Positions 1 to 10,530 of a stretch of 64,000 nucleotides of DNA are shown in pieces. Source of the stretch: an uncultured Chloroflexia bacterium (GTDB taxonomy: Bacteria > Chloroflexota > Limnocylindria > Limnocylindrales > CSP1-4); contig CAWFXA010000003.1 of assembly GCA_963819655.1 (NCBI GenBank), positions 256,001 through 320,000 on the forward strand, given 5' to 3'. Within the stretch, counting starts at the first letter, position 1, and each line of letters opens with the position of its first letter. The translations under genes and the position numbers were made by a program. The notes under the pieces are model-generated. The model had not been told where the DNA came from and searched no databases. It worked only from the letters and a program-made list of their open reading frames with translations.

Positions 1-266
1 CCCTGACGGTCATCGCGGGCGAGCTCGAGGCGCTCGCCCACCGCCCGGAGACCGCGTCCGACCCCGCGGCCCGCGATCTGGAGCGGGCACGGCTCCAGCG
101 AGAGCTCGACGACGCGCGCGGATGGCTGGAAGCGGCGCGGGCGCGCCTGGCCAACGACGCGTTCGTGAGCAAGGCGCCCCCGGCGGTCGTCGAGGGTGCG
201 CGGGCGCGCGAAGCGGAGCTCGCGGATCAGGTCGCGCGCCTGGAGGACCGACTGCGCGACCGGTGA
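1..266 (+). CDS. valS: Valyl-tRNA synthetase, C-terminal coiled-coil arm (5'-partial)
   Basis: The frame from nt 3 reads ...ERARLQRELDDARGWLEAARARLANDAFVSKAPPAVVEGARAREAEL..., the typical ValRS tRNA-binding arm (L.N..F..KAP..VV). TGA at 264-266. Not in the ORF track. Confidence 0.88.
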   Translation, partial: LTVIAGELEALAHRPETASDPAARDLERARLQRELDDARGWLEAARARLANDAFVSKAPPAVVEGARAREAELADQVARLEDRLRDR

Positions 267-429
267 CTCGGGGTCGCCACGACCGGCAGGTGGTCGGTGG
301 CACCGTCGATACGCGGCCGCACGTGACCGCTACCCGGCGGGCGGCAAGGGTTCCACCCGGGCCGATGGCGGCCCGGATGTCCCGCGTCGAGACGCGCAGC
401 GCCGGCGGATCGCCGATCGCCGCGCCGCC

Positions 430-1317
430 CTATTTGACGGAGCCCGCCAGCAGGCCCTGGACGAAGTACCGCTGCAGGCTGAAGAACACGAGAAGCGGGA
501 CGGCCATGAGGATGAACGCCCCGGCGGCCAGCAGGTGCCATTCGGTGCCGTACTGGCTGAGGAGGTTCTGGATGGCCTTCGTCATGGGCCACATGTCGCC
601 ACGCTGCACGAACACCAAGGCCATGAGCAGGTCGTTCCAGACCCACAGGAACTGGAAGATCCCATACGCGGCGATGGCCGGCACGGACAGCGGGACCACG
701 ATCTGGCGGAAGATCCCGATCGTCGACGACCCATCGATGCGAGCGGCCTCGATCAGGTCCTTCGGCAGCGTGATGAAGAAGTTGCGTAACAGGAAGATCC
801 CGAACGGCAGGGCGAACGCGGTGTGGGTGAGCCAGATCGCGCCGAAGCTGTTGAGCAACCCGGTGGGGGCGAACAGCTTGAGCAAGGGGATGAACGCCAC
901 CTGGACCGGGATCATCAGCAACGCGACGACGAGCAGGAACAGCCCGTCGCGGAAGGGGAAGTTCAGCCACGAGAACGCGTAGGCGGCCATCGACGCCAGC
1001 GCCAGCGGGATGAGCGTCGAGGGCACGGCGATCAGGAACGTGTTGCCGAACGCCTCGAGCATGCCCTGGGAGGTCAGCACCTCCTGGTAGTTGGCCAGCG
1101 TGAAGCGGAACTGCAGGAAGCTCTCCCACCAGCCCGTCACCTGGATGTCGCTGCGGGGTCGGAAGGACGTCACGAGCAGGCCCACCGTCGGCGCCAGCCA
1201 GACGAGCGCGATGAGCCCCAGCCCGATGTGGATGGGGGACTTGTTGAGGAAGCGGACGATCCGTTGGCTGGTGGTCCGCTCGCGATCGGCGGCTCGGGGT
1301 TCTGCGACAGCAGTCAT
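430..1317 (-). CDS. Carbohydrate ABC transporter permease (MalG/AglG-like)
   Basis: Six hydrophobic segments, EAA loop 'LIEAARIDG', C-terminal 'QRYFVQGLLAGSVK'. Confidence 0.95.
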   Translation of the reverse strand: MTAVAEPRAADRERTTSQRIVRFLNKSPIHIGLGLIALVWLAPTVGLLVTSFRPRSDIQVTGWWESFLQFRFTLANYQEVLTSQGMLEAFGNTFLIAVPSTLIPLALASMAAYAFSWLNFPFRDGLFLLVVALLMIPVQVAFIPLLKLFAPTGLLNSFGAIWLTHTAFALPFGIFLLRNFFITLPKDLIEAARIDGSSTIGIFRQIVVPLSVPAIAAYGIFQFLWVWNDLLMALVFVQRGDMWPMTKAIQNLLSQYGTEWHLLAAGAFILMAVPLLVFFSLQRYFVQGLLAGSVK

Positions 1318-2286
1318 CTACACGACCCTCGAGCTACGGAAGCGTCGGATGTTGTAGGCCATGATCGGAATCAACAGGATCAGCATGATCACTGCGATCG
1401 CCGCGCCGCGGCCGAACTGGCCGCCCGGGATCGACTCCTGGTACATCGTGAAGGCGATCACGCGACTGGCCGTGCCGGGACCGCCGTTCGTCAGCACGTA
1501 GATCAGGTCGAACAGCTTGATCACGTTGACGAGCAGCGTCACGGCGAGGACCGAGATCGGCAGGCTGACCATCGGCAGGATCACGCGGAAGAAGATCTGC
1601 CGCTCGTTCGCACCGTCGGTGCGGGCGGCCTCGAGGACCTCGCTCGGGATGCTCTTCAGGGCCGCCGACAGGATGACGGTGGCGAACCCGACGGATCCCC
1701 AGATGCCGGCCGCGATCAGCGCTGCGTTGACGAGCGACGGATTGCCGAGCCACGAGATCCCGCGCTCGGTGAAGGGATCGAGGATCGCGTTCAGGAGCCC
1801 GATGTTCGGGTCCGGTGCGTAGACGAAGTTCCAGATGATCGCCAGGGCAGTCGCCGCGATGGCCATCGGCAGGAAGACCACTGCCTTGATGATCGATTCG
1901 TAGCGGACACGCGATGCGAGGACCGCCACGACCAGGCCGAAGAAGATCACCAGGCTCGTGTAGAAGATGGCCCACAGGACGTTGTTCCAGATCGCTCCCG
2001 ACGGCGGGAACGTGCTGAGGTTGATGAAGCTCTTGTCGCCGAGCAGGCCGATGTAGTGGTCGAGGCCCACCCATTCGGTGAACTCTCCGCGCCGCCCGCG
2101 GTTGAAGCTCAGCGCGATGGTGTAGATCGTGGGGTAGACGAGGAAGACGGCCATCAGGAGGGCCGGCGGCCCGAGAAACAGCAGCGCTGCGAGGTCGTAT
2201 CGACGTCCGGCGGGGGTCGGTGGCGGTGGCGCCTTCAGTTCCGTCGACATCGCGCCCGGGACGTAATCCCCGGTGCCTGCGGCCAT
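1318..2286 (-). CDS. Carbohydrate ABC transporter permease (MalF/AglF-like)
   Basis: EAA loop 'EVLEAARTDGA', 'KLFDLIYVLTNGGP'; GGAGG SD upstream. Confidence 0.95.
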   Translation of the reverse strand: MAAGTGDYVPGAMSTELKAPPPPTPAGRRYDLAALLFLGPPALLMAVFLVYPTIYTIALSFNRGRRGEFTEWVGLDHYIGLLGDKSFINLSTFPPSGAIWNNVLWAIFYTSLVIFFGLVVAVLASRVRYESIIKAVVFLPMAIAATALAIIWNFVYAPDPNIGLLNAILDPFTERGISWLGNPSLVNAALIAAGIWGSVGFATVILSAALKSIPSEVLEAARTDGANERQIFFRVILPMVSLPISVLAVTLLVNVIKLFDLIYVLTNGGPGTASRVIAFTMYQESIPGGQFGRGAAIAVIMLILLIPIMAYNIRRFRSSRVV

Positions 2287-2312
2287 GCGTTCCCTCCTCT
2301 CCCGAGAACGGC

Positions 2313-2342
2313 GACACGGGCGACCCGAAGGCCGCCCGCGTC
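2313..2342 (-). terminator. Stem-loop downstream of the binding-protein gene (mRNA stabiliser or partial terminator)
   Basis: Minus strand GACGCGGGCGGCC-TTCG-GGTCGCCCGTGTC, a 13-bp stem with a cUUCGg tetraloop and no U tract. Confidence 0.6.
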
Positions 2343-2371
2343 GGATCGATCGTCCTAGAGCGACCTCTCGA

Positions 2372-3712
2372 TCACTCGGCGTCCCAGGCGGCCTTCACGC
2401 GCGTCTGGAAGTCTGCCCAATCGATGGTGTCGCCGCGGATCGCCCGCTGCAGCAGGGCACCGAGCCCCTCACCGGCGATGCCGGCAGGCAGGAGGTCGGC
2501 GCCGTCGTAGCGGATCTCATCGGCGTTCTTGAGGGATTCGGCCTCCCGGACGACGAGTTCGTTCGGGTAGGCGCTGGTCTGGACGCCCGTGTGCGGCGAC
2601 ACGATGGCACCCGTGCCCGCCCAGACCGCGTTGGCCTCGGGGGTGACGACGTACTGCATGAACGCCTTCGCGCCCTCGCTGTCGGTCAGCGCGCCGACGA
2701 CGTCGCCACCGAAGGTGGTCACATCCGACGTGTTGCCGAGCGTGGGGAAGGGGAACCAGTCGATGGTCTCGCCGATGACGAGAGCCGTGTTCGTCTGGCC
2801 GGTGGCGATGCCACCGACGAACCCGCCCTCGTAGAAGACGGCGGCCTCGGGCTCCGGCTTGAAGACCTGCGCGATGGCGTCGGTCCAGGCACGACCGACA
2901 GCCGCGTCGATGCCACCGACGACGTATTTGTCGTTGATGACCTCGAGCATCGTCGTGACGTCCTGCTGGACGGTCGGATCGTTCCAGTCGCCCTCGGCGC
3001 TGAACAGCTTGTCGTAGGCCTCGACGCCGGCCTGGCGGATGTAGATGTTCTCGAACCAGTCGGTCAGGTTCCAGTCGTCCTTGGCACCGAGCGCCATGGC
3101 TCCGGGCTTGCCCACGTTGGCGTCGAGCGCGGCCTTGTACTCATCCCAGGTGGTCGGGTTGGTGGTGACGCCATTCGCCGTGAAGAGGTCGGGGCGGTAC
3201 CACATCGTGCCCTTGTTGTTGTACTTGGCCGGGACCGCATACAGCTCGTTGTCCACGGTGCCCGCGGCCAGGAAGCCAGCCGGGTAGCTGCTGCTCAGGC
3301 CGGCGACGTCGACGCCGAGGTCGGCGACCTTCTTGAGCGAGCCGTCCTTGGCGAAGCGCCGCAGGAAGCCGATGCCCGGGATGATCGCGATGTCCGGCGG
3401 GTTGCCACCGGTGATACGCGACTGCAGGGTGGTGGAATACGTCTGCCGGTCGGCCTCGTAGTTGACGCCCCAACCTGACTTCGCGGTGAAGTCAGCGAGG
3501 ACGGCCTGGAAGGCCTCTTCCTCGCTGCCGCCCCACAGCGACAGCACATTGAGTGTGCCTGCCGAGCCACTCGTGACCGGCCCGCCGGTCGCGCCCGATG
3601 CTGGGGCGCCGTCCGACGCCGGGGCGGCCGGCGATCCGCCGCCGCCGCCGCAGGCGGTCGCGACGAGCGCGGCCATCAGCAACAGCGTCGGGATTCGTAG
3701 GGATCTGGTCAT
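2372..3712 (-). CDS. Sugar ABC transporter substrate-binding lipoprotein (AglE-like, alpha-glucoside type)
   Basis: Lipobox 'LVATAC', 'GGNPPDIAIIP', 'WNLTDWFENIY', 'FGGD'; first gene of the ABC operon. Confidence 0.92.
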   Translation of the reverse strand: MTRSLRIPTLLLMAALVATACGGGGGSPAAPASDGAPASGATGGPVTSGSAGTLNVLSLWGGSEEEAFQAVLADFTAKSGWGVNYEADRQTYSTTLQSRITGGNPPDIAIIPGIGFLRRFAKDGSLKKVADLGVDVAGLSSSYPAGFLAAGTVDNELYAVPAKYNNKGTMWYRPDLFTANGVTTNPTTWDEYKAALDANVGKPGAMALGAKDDWNLTDWFENIYIRQAGVEAYDKLFSAEGDWNDPTVQQDVTTMLEVINDKYVVGGIDAAVGRAWTDAIAQVFKPEPEAAVFYEGGFVGGIATGQTNTALVIGETIDWFPFPTLGNTSDVTTFGGDVVGALTDSEGAKAFMQYVVTPEANAVWAGTGAIVSPHTGVQTSAYPNELVVREAESLKNADEIRYDGADLLPAGIAGEGLGALLQRAIRGDTIDWADFQTRVKAAWDAE

Positions 3713-3933
3713 CGACTCCTCCTCAGAGCGAAACCGCGTGCCCGCAGACCTGCGGGCGTTCGAACTAACCCTGCGACTGATCGTGCACGCACGAACATCC
3801 GCGACTCCTCCGCCGGTGTCGACGAGGTGACCGACGTCCCGTCACGCATCCGCTGACGTCGACCGTGCCCCTGTCGCGACCGGTTCTCCCGCCGTCCACC
3901 CAAAGAGGTGCGGAACGGGCGGAAGTGCGCACG

Positions 3934-3962
3934 AGCCTAGAGTCCGTCAGAACGTTCTGTCA
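3934..3962 (-). promoter_or_regulatory. Sigma70-like promoter of the ABC operon with an overlapping palindromic operator
   Basis: Minus strand TTACAG-N17-TAGGCT. Perfect palindrome CAGAACGTTCTG at 3948-3959 with a central CG, in the LacI-family style. Confidence 0.6.
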
Positions 3963-4048
3963 ACGTCCCGGGCGCGTCGCACGCGAGTGCTGCCCAACGT
4001 GCCGTCAGTTCAGCGGGCACCCCCGCCTCGAGCTTCCCCCGTCCGTGG

Positions 4049-6803
4049 TCAGCGTCTACGCAGCTGGACGGTCCGAATCTCCCATGGGCCCAGGGTCAAC
4101 GCGAGGCCGTCGGGGGCCAGCAGCAGGTCCGCGCCCGGACGGCCGAGTAGATCCGCCTCCCGCGCAGCGGCCAGCGGGATCCCGATCGTCGCCGTGGTAG
4201 CCGAGGAGGATTCGTTCACGATGCGCAGCTCCAGGTGGTCATCCCGTCGTCGCAGCGAGCTGAGCACCACGCCGTCGCCTTCAACGCTGAGGCCAGGTAC
4301 CGGGGCCGGATCCCCGCCGCCCGACCCTGTCCCGCGAATGACGGCGAACGGGTGGCGATACTGCTCTGCCGCGGCACGCGTACCGGCGGTCGTCCACGAG
4401 CCCGCGTGGGGGAGCACGGCGAAGGCGAACGTGCGGTGCCCGGGAAGCTGGGCGGCCGGCACCGCGACCTCGGGTCCTGCCGGGTCCTCGCGAGACGGAT
4501 TGGCGTTGCGGCTGATCAGGCCGAACGAGCGCAGGACCGTCAGGGCGAGCTCGCGACCGCCGACGACCTCGTATTCGGTCACCTGATCGAGCAGCACGCT
4601 GCATCCGTCGACGCTGACGAAGCCGACCGCCGGGAACGTGGGCAGGGGCACCTCGCCGTGCCCGCCCTCAGGCTCGAGGCCCCGTTCGACCACCGCGAAC
4701 TGGCCCTCGGCCGCCGACCCGTCGTACCGACGACGGCAGGGGGATGTGCCACCGGACGCGGTGATCGCGCGAGCCGTTCTCGAACTCGATCCGCACGCGG
4801 ACGAAGGGCTCATCGGCCCGCAGCTCGAAGATGGTCGTGACTTCGGTCGCGACCGTCCGGTCCGACCGTCCGGACCCGTCCGCGGTCAGGTCGCGCGGCC
4901 AGGCATATCGCCGGAGGACGACGATCTCGCCGCGCAGCGGACCGTACGCGTCGGGGCGGATGTCGACGGTCTCCGGCTCCTCGACCAGCCGGTCGTACCC
5001 CGGGGGACCGTAGTTGTAGCTATCCCCGGCATCGCCGCCATCGACCACGCGCCCGACGCCGTCGAGGACGGTCCCGCCGCCCACTACTCTCGCCGTGCCG
5101 TCGTCCGCGACCACGATCTCGACCAGCCCGTTCGCCATGCGGCGGTCGGTGACCTCGACCGGGTGTGGGATCGATTCGTGCGTGTCACCGCCCTCGAGGT
5201 GGCTGGCCGGGGCATACCCGAGCGCGGGTGCGGGCAGACGCGCGAGCACGCGGCGCCGCTTCGCGACCTCCAGCGTCACCTCCCAGATCGTTTCGGGTCG
5301 CTCGGAGGCTGCGGTCGTGAGCTCGACCACCAGCTCCTCGACGTCGAGCTCGAGCGGCTCGGGAACCCGGTCGAGGTGCACCACGATCCGCGGCGGATCC
5401 GCGGCCGGGTCCACCTCGGTGCCGTTGATGAACCGCCCGAGCAGCTCGCGGCCGTGCCGGCGACGGCGCATGAACTCGCCGACACCCGATCCCGGGACGC
5501 GGAACACGCCGTGCACAGCACCCTCCCGCGACAGCTCCTGGGTCGGCAGGAGGCGATCCCCGGCGCGCAGCGCGACCGACGACCAGCCGGCCGGCACCGC
5601 GAGGTCGAGCTCGACGATGTCGTGCCGATCGACCGGGGAGGGGTTGATGACCGCCCATCCGTCCTCGGGCACCGACGCGGCGATCCGGCGCGTGACCGAC
5701 CCGACCAGCCCGGACGCGATCTGCTCCGCCTCCGCGTATCGACCGATGACCTGGGCGACCACAGCGTCGTGCGAGCAGCCGCAGATCGAGTCGTGAGCGG
5801 AGTTGTCGATGAGGCGCCGCCAGGCCAGCTCGAGCAGGCGTCCCGGCCAGGTCCCGCCGTGCAGCGCGCTCAGCGGCTCGGCATAGCGCTCGAGGGCGCG
5901 CTCCGCGTGCGCGGCCGCGGCCTTGAGGTCGACGCGTGCCGAGGCGACGTTCATCAGCATGTTGGCGCGGGCACCGGACCGCAGCTCGCCCACCCATGTC
6001 GGGAGGTCACCCTCGGGGCCGGGATGCCGCTCCCGGTCGCGTTCGAGGTACTCGCTCAGCGTGGCCAGCCGCACCTCGACGTCGCCGTCCGCGGCATTCA
6101 CGAGATCGACGAGGTCGGCGAGCTGGGCCGACGGCACGGCGTGGTCGGTCCCGTACATCGCAAGCAGCGACCGGTCGCCATAGGACCCGGCATGCAGACG
6201 GCGGTACTCGCCGAGCCTCGGGCCGAGGCGGTCCGGCAGGTCGAACAGGTGGGCGCCGTTGCCGTAGCCGCCCACGAGGTACTCGGTCTCGACGGCCGAT
6301 CCGTCGGGCGAGCGCCATGTGAAGGAGTGCCGGTCGATGGCCGCGGGGACGCCGCGCCAGACGGCCGCCCGGTCGATACCGGCCCGGCGCAGGATCTGCG
6401 GCATCTGGGCGATGTGCCCGAACATGTCCGGCAGGTAGCCGACCCGCATCGCCCCGCCGAGCCCCTCCGCACGTCCCCACCCGAGCTCGAGGTTGCGCAC
6501 GATCGTCTCGCCCGACACGAGGAACTCGTCGAGCAGGATCTGCCACGGCCCGATGGCCAGCCGCCCCTCGGCGATGAGCTGGCGGATGACAGGCTCGGCC
6601 TCGGGCCGCACCTCGAGATAGTCGTCCACGGTCGCGGCCTGACCGTCGAGCGTGAACCGGAGACGCGGGTCGGCAGCCATCCGTTCGAGGAGCTGGTCGA
6701 TGAGGTCGACCAGCCGCATCCGGAACACCTGGAAGGGCTCGTACCACTCGCGATCCCAGTGCGTATGCGGGACGAGGTGGACGACGGCCCGTTCGGTCGT
6801 CAC
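4049..6803 (-). pseudogene. GH38 alpha-mannosidase (MngB-like), split by a single frameshift near 4725 (likely sequencing error)
   Basis: GTG 6803 overlaps the upstream stop. Motifs 'HTHWDREWY', 'LDGQ', 'GYLPDMFGH', 'HDSICGCS'. The C-terminal part ('LTVLRS', 'LRIVN') continues in ORF 4049-4813; removing one base near 4725 joins the frames. Confidence 0.85.
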
Positions 6804-7963
6804 GCGGCTTCGCCCCCGATCGCGACGCCGAGCCGCGCGCCCATCGCGGCGATGGCCCGCTGGCACGTGACGATGTCGGCTCGCCCATCGGCCACGCCCG
6901 CGGCAGGCTCCCGGCCATCGACCACCAGGTCGTGGAAGGCGAGCAGCTCCTGCTCGAACGCCTCATCGGTCGACGTCCAGACCTCGTCCCGCCGGCCGCC
7001 GTCCTCCGTCGTCGTGATGCGAAGCACGGTCGGTCGATGGAGCAGGTACGGCGACGGGAAGGTGAGCTCGACGGTGGCCGCCTCGTACACCAGCCGGACC
7101 TCCTCCCGGTAGGCCGGGTAGTCGGGGAGGAAGTGCCAGTGGATCGACACGCGGCCGTCCGATGGCAGGGACCCCGTCAACTCGACCGACGGTGGCCAGG
7201 CGCCGTCCGGCCACGTCGTCGTGCTGTCGATCGCGGTCGGGTCGCCGGCGAACGCCCGCACCAGCGCGAGCTCGTGCACGATGCTGCCCAGGAGGATGTC
7301 GGTATAGAGCCGTCCGAAGGCCGCGGCGCCGGCGTCCCCCAGGGCGTCATGTCGGCGGCGGTCGGTGGCCGCGGCGAAGGCCGCGCGGGTCGCCTCGGGC
7401 ACGTCGGTCGGGGCGGGGAAGAGGCGGGCGTGCGCCAGCTGCGACTCGGATGTCGGATGCAGGACGGTGACCTCGATCGCGCGGGGCGCGCCGAAGCCGC
7501 GCTCCTCGGCAACGCGTCGCGCGTGTACCACCGCCGGGTCGTACAGCTTCATGTAGCCGACCTGCAGGCGGCGGGCCGGATCGGCCGCGAGCCGGCCAGC
7601 GATGTCGTCCGCCTCCGCGAGCGTGAACGCGAGCGGCTTCTCGGCGAACACGGCGAGGCCCGCCTCGAGCCCAGTCGTCACCGCGGGAGCGTGGGACCCA
7701 GAGGTGAGGATGAGCAGCCCGTCCAGGTCCGGCGCCCTCACGACCTCCTCGACCGTGCCGAATCGCCGATCGGCCGCGACCCGGTATCGGTCGCCGATGG
7801 CCGCGGTGAGCGTCGGCGAGAGGTCGCCGATCGCGCCGATCTCGAACCTGTCGCGCAATCGCTCGACGAGCGGGAGATGGACGGCCTGCGCCACCGCCCC
7901 GAGCCCGACGATCCCGAGGCGGACGCGGCGGGAGGGCGAGCCGGCCTTGGGCTGGGATGTCAT
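6800..7963 (-). CDS. Gfo/Idh/MocA family oxidoreductase
   Basis: Rossmann 'GIVGLGAVA', 'AEKP', 'QVGYMK'. ATG 7963 lies 8 nt from TATACT. Confidence 0.88.
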   Translation of the reverse strand: MTSQPKAGSPSRRVRLGIVGLGAVAQAVHLPLVERLRDRFEIGAIGDLSPTLTAAIGDRYRVAADRRFGTVEEVVRAPDLDGLLILTSGSHAPAVTTGLEAGLAVFAEKPLAFTLAEADDIAGRLAADPARRLQVGYMKLYDPAVVHARRVAEERGFGAPRAIEVTVLHPTSESQLAHARLFPAPTDVPEATRAAFAAATDRRRHDALGDAGAAAFGRLYTDILLGSIVHELALVRAFAGDPTAIDSTTTWPDGAWPPSVELTGSLPSDGRVSIHWHFLPDYPAYREEVRLVYEAATVELTFPSPYLLHRPTVLRITTTEDGGRRDEVWTSTDEAFEQELLAFHDLVVDGREPAAGVADGRADIVTCQRAIAAMGARLGVAIGGEAA

Positions 7964-8007
7964 GAGCGCGGAGTATATCGAGGGGCCCGTGCCGTAGGCT
8001 TTCCGCC

Positions 8008-9687
8008 ATGACGCATGAGGCCGGCGCACGCGACCGTCGCCCCGCCCCGGTCACCGGAGCCGCCTTCGGGGACGACTGGTGGCGGAACGGGATCATCTAC
8101 CAGATCTATCCGCGCAGCTTCGCCGATAGCGACGGCGACGGGCTGGGTGACCTGCCCGGCATCATCGCCAAACTGGACTACCTGACGGACCTCGGGGTCG
8201 ACGCCCTGTGGCTCTCGCCGATCTACCCGTCACCGGGTCTCGACGTCGGCTACGACGTCAGCGACCACACGACGGTGGACACGATCTTCGGGGGCGACGC
8301 AGCCTTCGACCGGCTCGTCGACGAAGCTCACCGGCGGGGCATCCGGGTGATCCTCGACCTGGTCATGAACCACACCAGCGACCAGCATGCGTGGTTCCAG
8401 GCCAGCCGAGCGTCGCGCGACGGCCCGTACGCCGACTGGTACCTGTGGATGGACCCGGCCGGTGAGGACGCGGACGGCTGGCCGCTCCCGCCCAACAATT
8501 GGTTGTCGTGGTTTGGTGGGTCGGCGTGGCAATGGGACGGTCCACGTCAGCAGTTCTACATGCACACCTTCCTGGTCCAGCAGCCCGAGCTCAACTGGCG
8601 CAATCCGGCGGTCGAGGCAGCCCAGTTCGCAATGGTGCGCGGCTGGCTGGACCGCGGGGTCGACGGCTTCCGACTCGACGTGTTCAACGCGTTCCTGAAG
8701 CACCCGGAGCTGCTGGCAAACCCCGAGATCGAAGGCGCGACGCTGTGGGCGCGCCAGCAGCACCTGTACGACCGCGACCAGCCCGACTTCCCGGACCTGA
8801 TCGGCCGTTTCCGGGCCATCGTCGACGAGAGGCCGGGCCGGATGTCGGTCGGCGAGCTGTTCGCTAGCGAAGCCGAGCGCGCCGTCATCCTCACGACCGA
8901 CCGCCACATGGTGTTCGACTGGGCGCTGCTCGCGGCGCCGTGGTCCGCCGAGGCGTACAGCGACGCGATCTGGCTGCGCGAGACGATGTTCGGTGACGAG
9001 CGCTGGCTCGCCAACGTGTTGTCCAACCACGATCAGGCGCGACAGGCCTCGCGCCTCGCCGACTCGGCCGGGATCGCCGATACGGACGCGGTCGCTCGGG
9101 CGGCCGCCGTCGTGCTCCTCACGATCCGCGGCACACCGTTCATGTACTACGGCGAGGAGATCGGGCTGCGCGACGTCGCCATCCCGGTCGACGAGATCAT
9201 CGACCCGCCCGCCCGACGGGCGCTCGTCGACCCCGACTTCGAGTGGTGGAACCGCGATCAGTGCCGCTCGCCGATGCCGTGGACCGGCGAGGCGGGTCGC
9301 GGCTTCACGACCGGCCGGCCGTGGCTCCGCTTCGGTGACGATGCCGCCGATCGCAATGTGGCCACCGAGACGAGTGATCCGGATTCGGTCCTGTCGACCT
9401 ACCGGCGTCTGATCGCCCTCAGGCGGTCGCACGAGGCGCTCCGGACGGGCACCCTCCGTCTGGCCCAGACCGGGTCACCGGACGTCCTTGCGTGGCACCG
9501 GGAGGCCCCAGGCGAGCGGCTCCTGATCGTCGCCAACTTCGCCCACGCGCCACGCGCCACGCCGCTCCCGGATGAGGACGCGAGCTATCGGGCCATCGGT
9601 GGGTCCCATGCCCACCCGACGGCGCCGGCCGTCGACGGCTCGATATCGCTCCGTCCACTCGAGGCTGTCGTCCTCCGCGCCGACTGA
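8008..9687 (+). CDS. GH13 alpha-glucosidase / oligo-1,6-glucosidase
   Basis: 'YQIYPRSF', 'DLVMNHTS', 'QPELNW', catalytic 'GFRLDV', 'VGE', 'SNHD', 'YYGEEIG'. Confidence 0.95.
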   Translation: MTHEAGARDRRPAPVTGAAFGDDWWRNGIIYQIYPRSFADSDGDGLGDLPGIIAKLDYLTDLGVDALWLSPIYPSPGLDVGYDVSDHTTVDTIFGGDAAFDRLVDEAHRRGIRVILDLVMNHTSDQHAWFQASRASRDGPYADWYLWMDPAGEDADGWPLPPNNWLSWFGGSAWQWDGPRQQFYMHTFLVQQPELNWRNPAVEAAQFAMVRGWLDRGVDGFRLDVFNAFLKHPELLANPEIEGATLWARQQHLYDRDQPDFPDLIGRFRAIVDERPGRMSVGELFASEAERAVILTTDRHMVFDWALLAAPWSAEAYSDAIWLRETMFGDERWLANVLSNHDQARQASRLADSAGIADTDAVARAAAVVLLTIRGTPFMYYGEEIGLRDVAIPVDEIIDPPARRALVDPDFEWWNRDQCRSPMPWTGEAGRGFTTGRPWLRFGDDAADRNVATETSDPDSVLSTYRRLIALRRSHEALRTGTLRLAQTGSPDVLAWHREAPGERLLIVANFAHAPRATPLPDEDASYRAIGGSHAHPTAPAVDGSISLRPLEAVVLRAD

Positions 9688-9756
9688 GGCGGCCGCCGCA
9701 CGCTGCTACGATTACCCGACGCCGCCGTTCGACGACGAGCCCCGGGGAGGACATTG

Positions 9757-10515
9757 GTGCCGCTCGATTTCCTGAAGCGCAAGAACGTTCCGGAGCCAGG
9801 CGCCCCGCAACCCGCGACGCAGGGGCACACGGGCTCGCTCGTCATGCCCGAGGAGGTCGTCGCCCAGGACTTCCAGCTGAAGCTGTACTACGCCGGGAAG
9901 ACCAGCGAGGGCGTTCGGATGAAGGCCGGTCCGCAGGCGATGGCCGAGCTGCCGTCGATGCTGGTCGGGCTGGCCAAGGCCGAGATCGAGGCCGTCGAGC
10001 CGCTGCCGATCGAGTTCAGCCAGGCCACCCCGACGATCGCCCGCCCGTCCGAGGCGATGCAGTGGCTCAACGCGCACCACATCCACTCGCCGATCACCCG
10101 CCACGCGCTCGTCGTGTTGGAGTCGGTCGACGCGGTCGACCTGGCCTTCGACACGTTCGTGTGCTCGTTGCTCGACGGCGAGATCGACACGAGCGGCTAC
10201 CCGGAGTACAACGCGGTCGTCGGCGGTGTCGCTGCCCACTGGGACGAGGCGACCGGCGACATGATCTGCCGCGCCGTCGTCGGCTGGGGCGGTCGCGGTG
10301 TCCGCGGAGATACGGACCGGATCGGCAACAAGCTGCTCGCCGGGATCCTGACGAACATCCTGGCCAACCAGCATGCGGTCGGGTTGACCGCGATCGAACG
10401 ACCTGTGCCGGCCGCTGGCCGTGGCGGTCTCGTCTGCGCCCATTGCGGGTTCGCGTCGGCTCACGAGCGTGCCTTCTACTGCCCGAAGTGCGGCATGCGC
10501 CTCCTCCGCGGCTGA
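9757..10515 (+). CDS. Hypothetical protein with C-terminal zinc ribbon
   Basis: GGAGG SD then GTG 9757; strong GC3 bias; C-terminal CAHC-x10-CPKC. Confidence 0.8.
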   Translation: MPLDFLKRKNVPEPGAPQPATQGHTGSLVMPEEVVAQDFQLKLYYAGKTSEGVRMKAGPQAMAELPSMLVGLAKAEIEAVEPLPIEFSQATPTIARPSEAMQWLNAHHIHSPITRHALVVLESVDAVDLAFDTFVCSLLDGEIDTSGYPEYNAVVGGVAAHWDEATGDMICRAVVGWGGRGVRGDTDRIGNKLLAGILTNILANQHAVGLTAIERPVPAAGRGGLVCAHCGFASAHERAFYCPKCGMRLLRG

Positions 10516-10530
10516 CCGTCCCGCCCGGAG

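Noticed and set aside
267-429. Several GC hairpins between valS and the ABC permease
   Set aside because: Consistent with ordinary termination structures between convergent genes; no tRNA or known ncRNA features.
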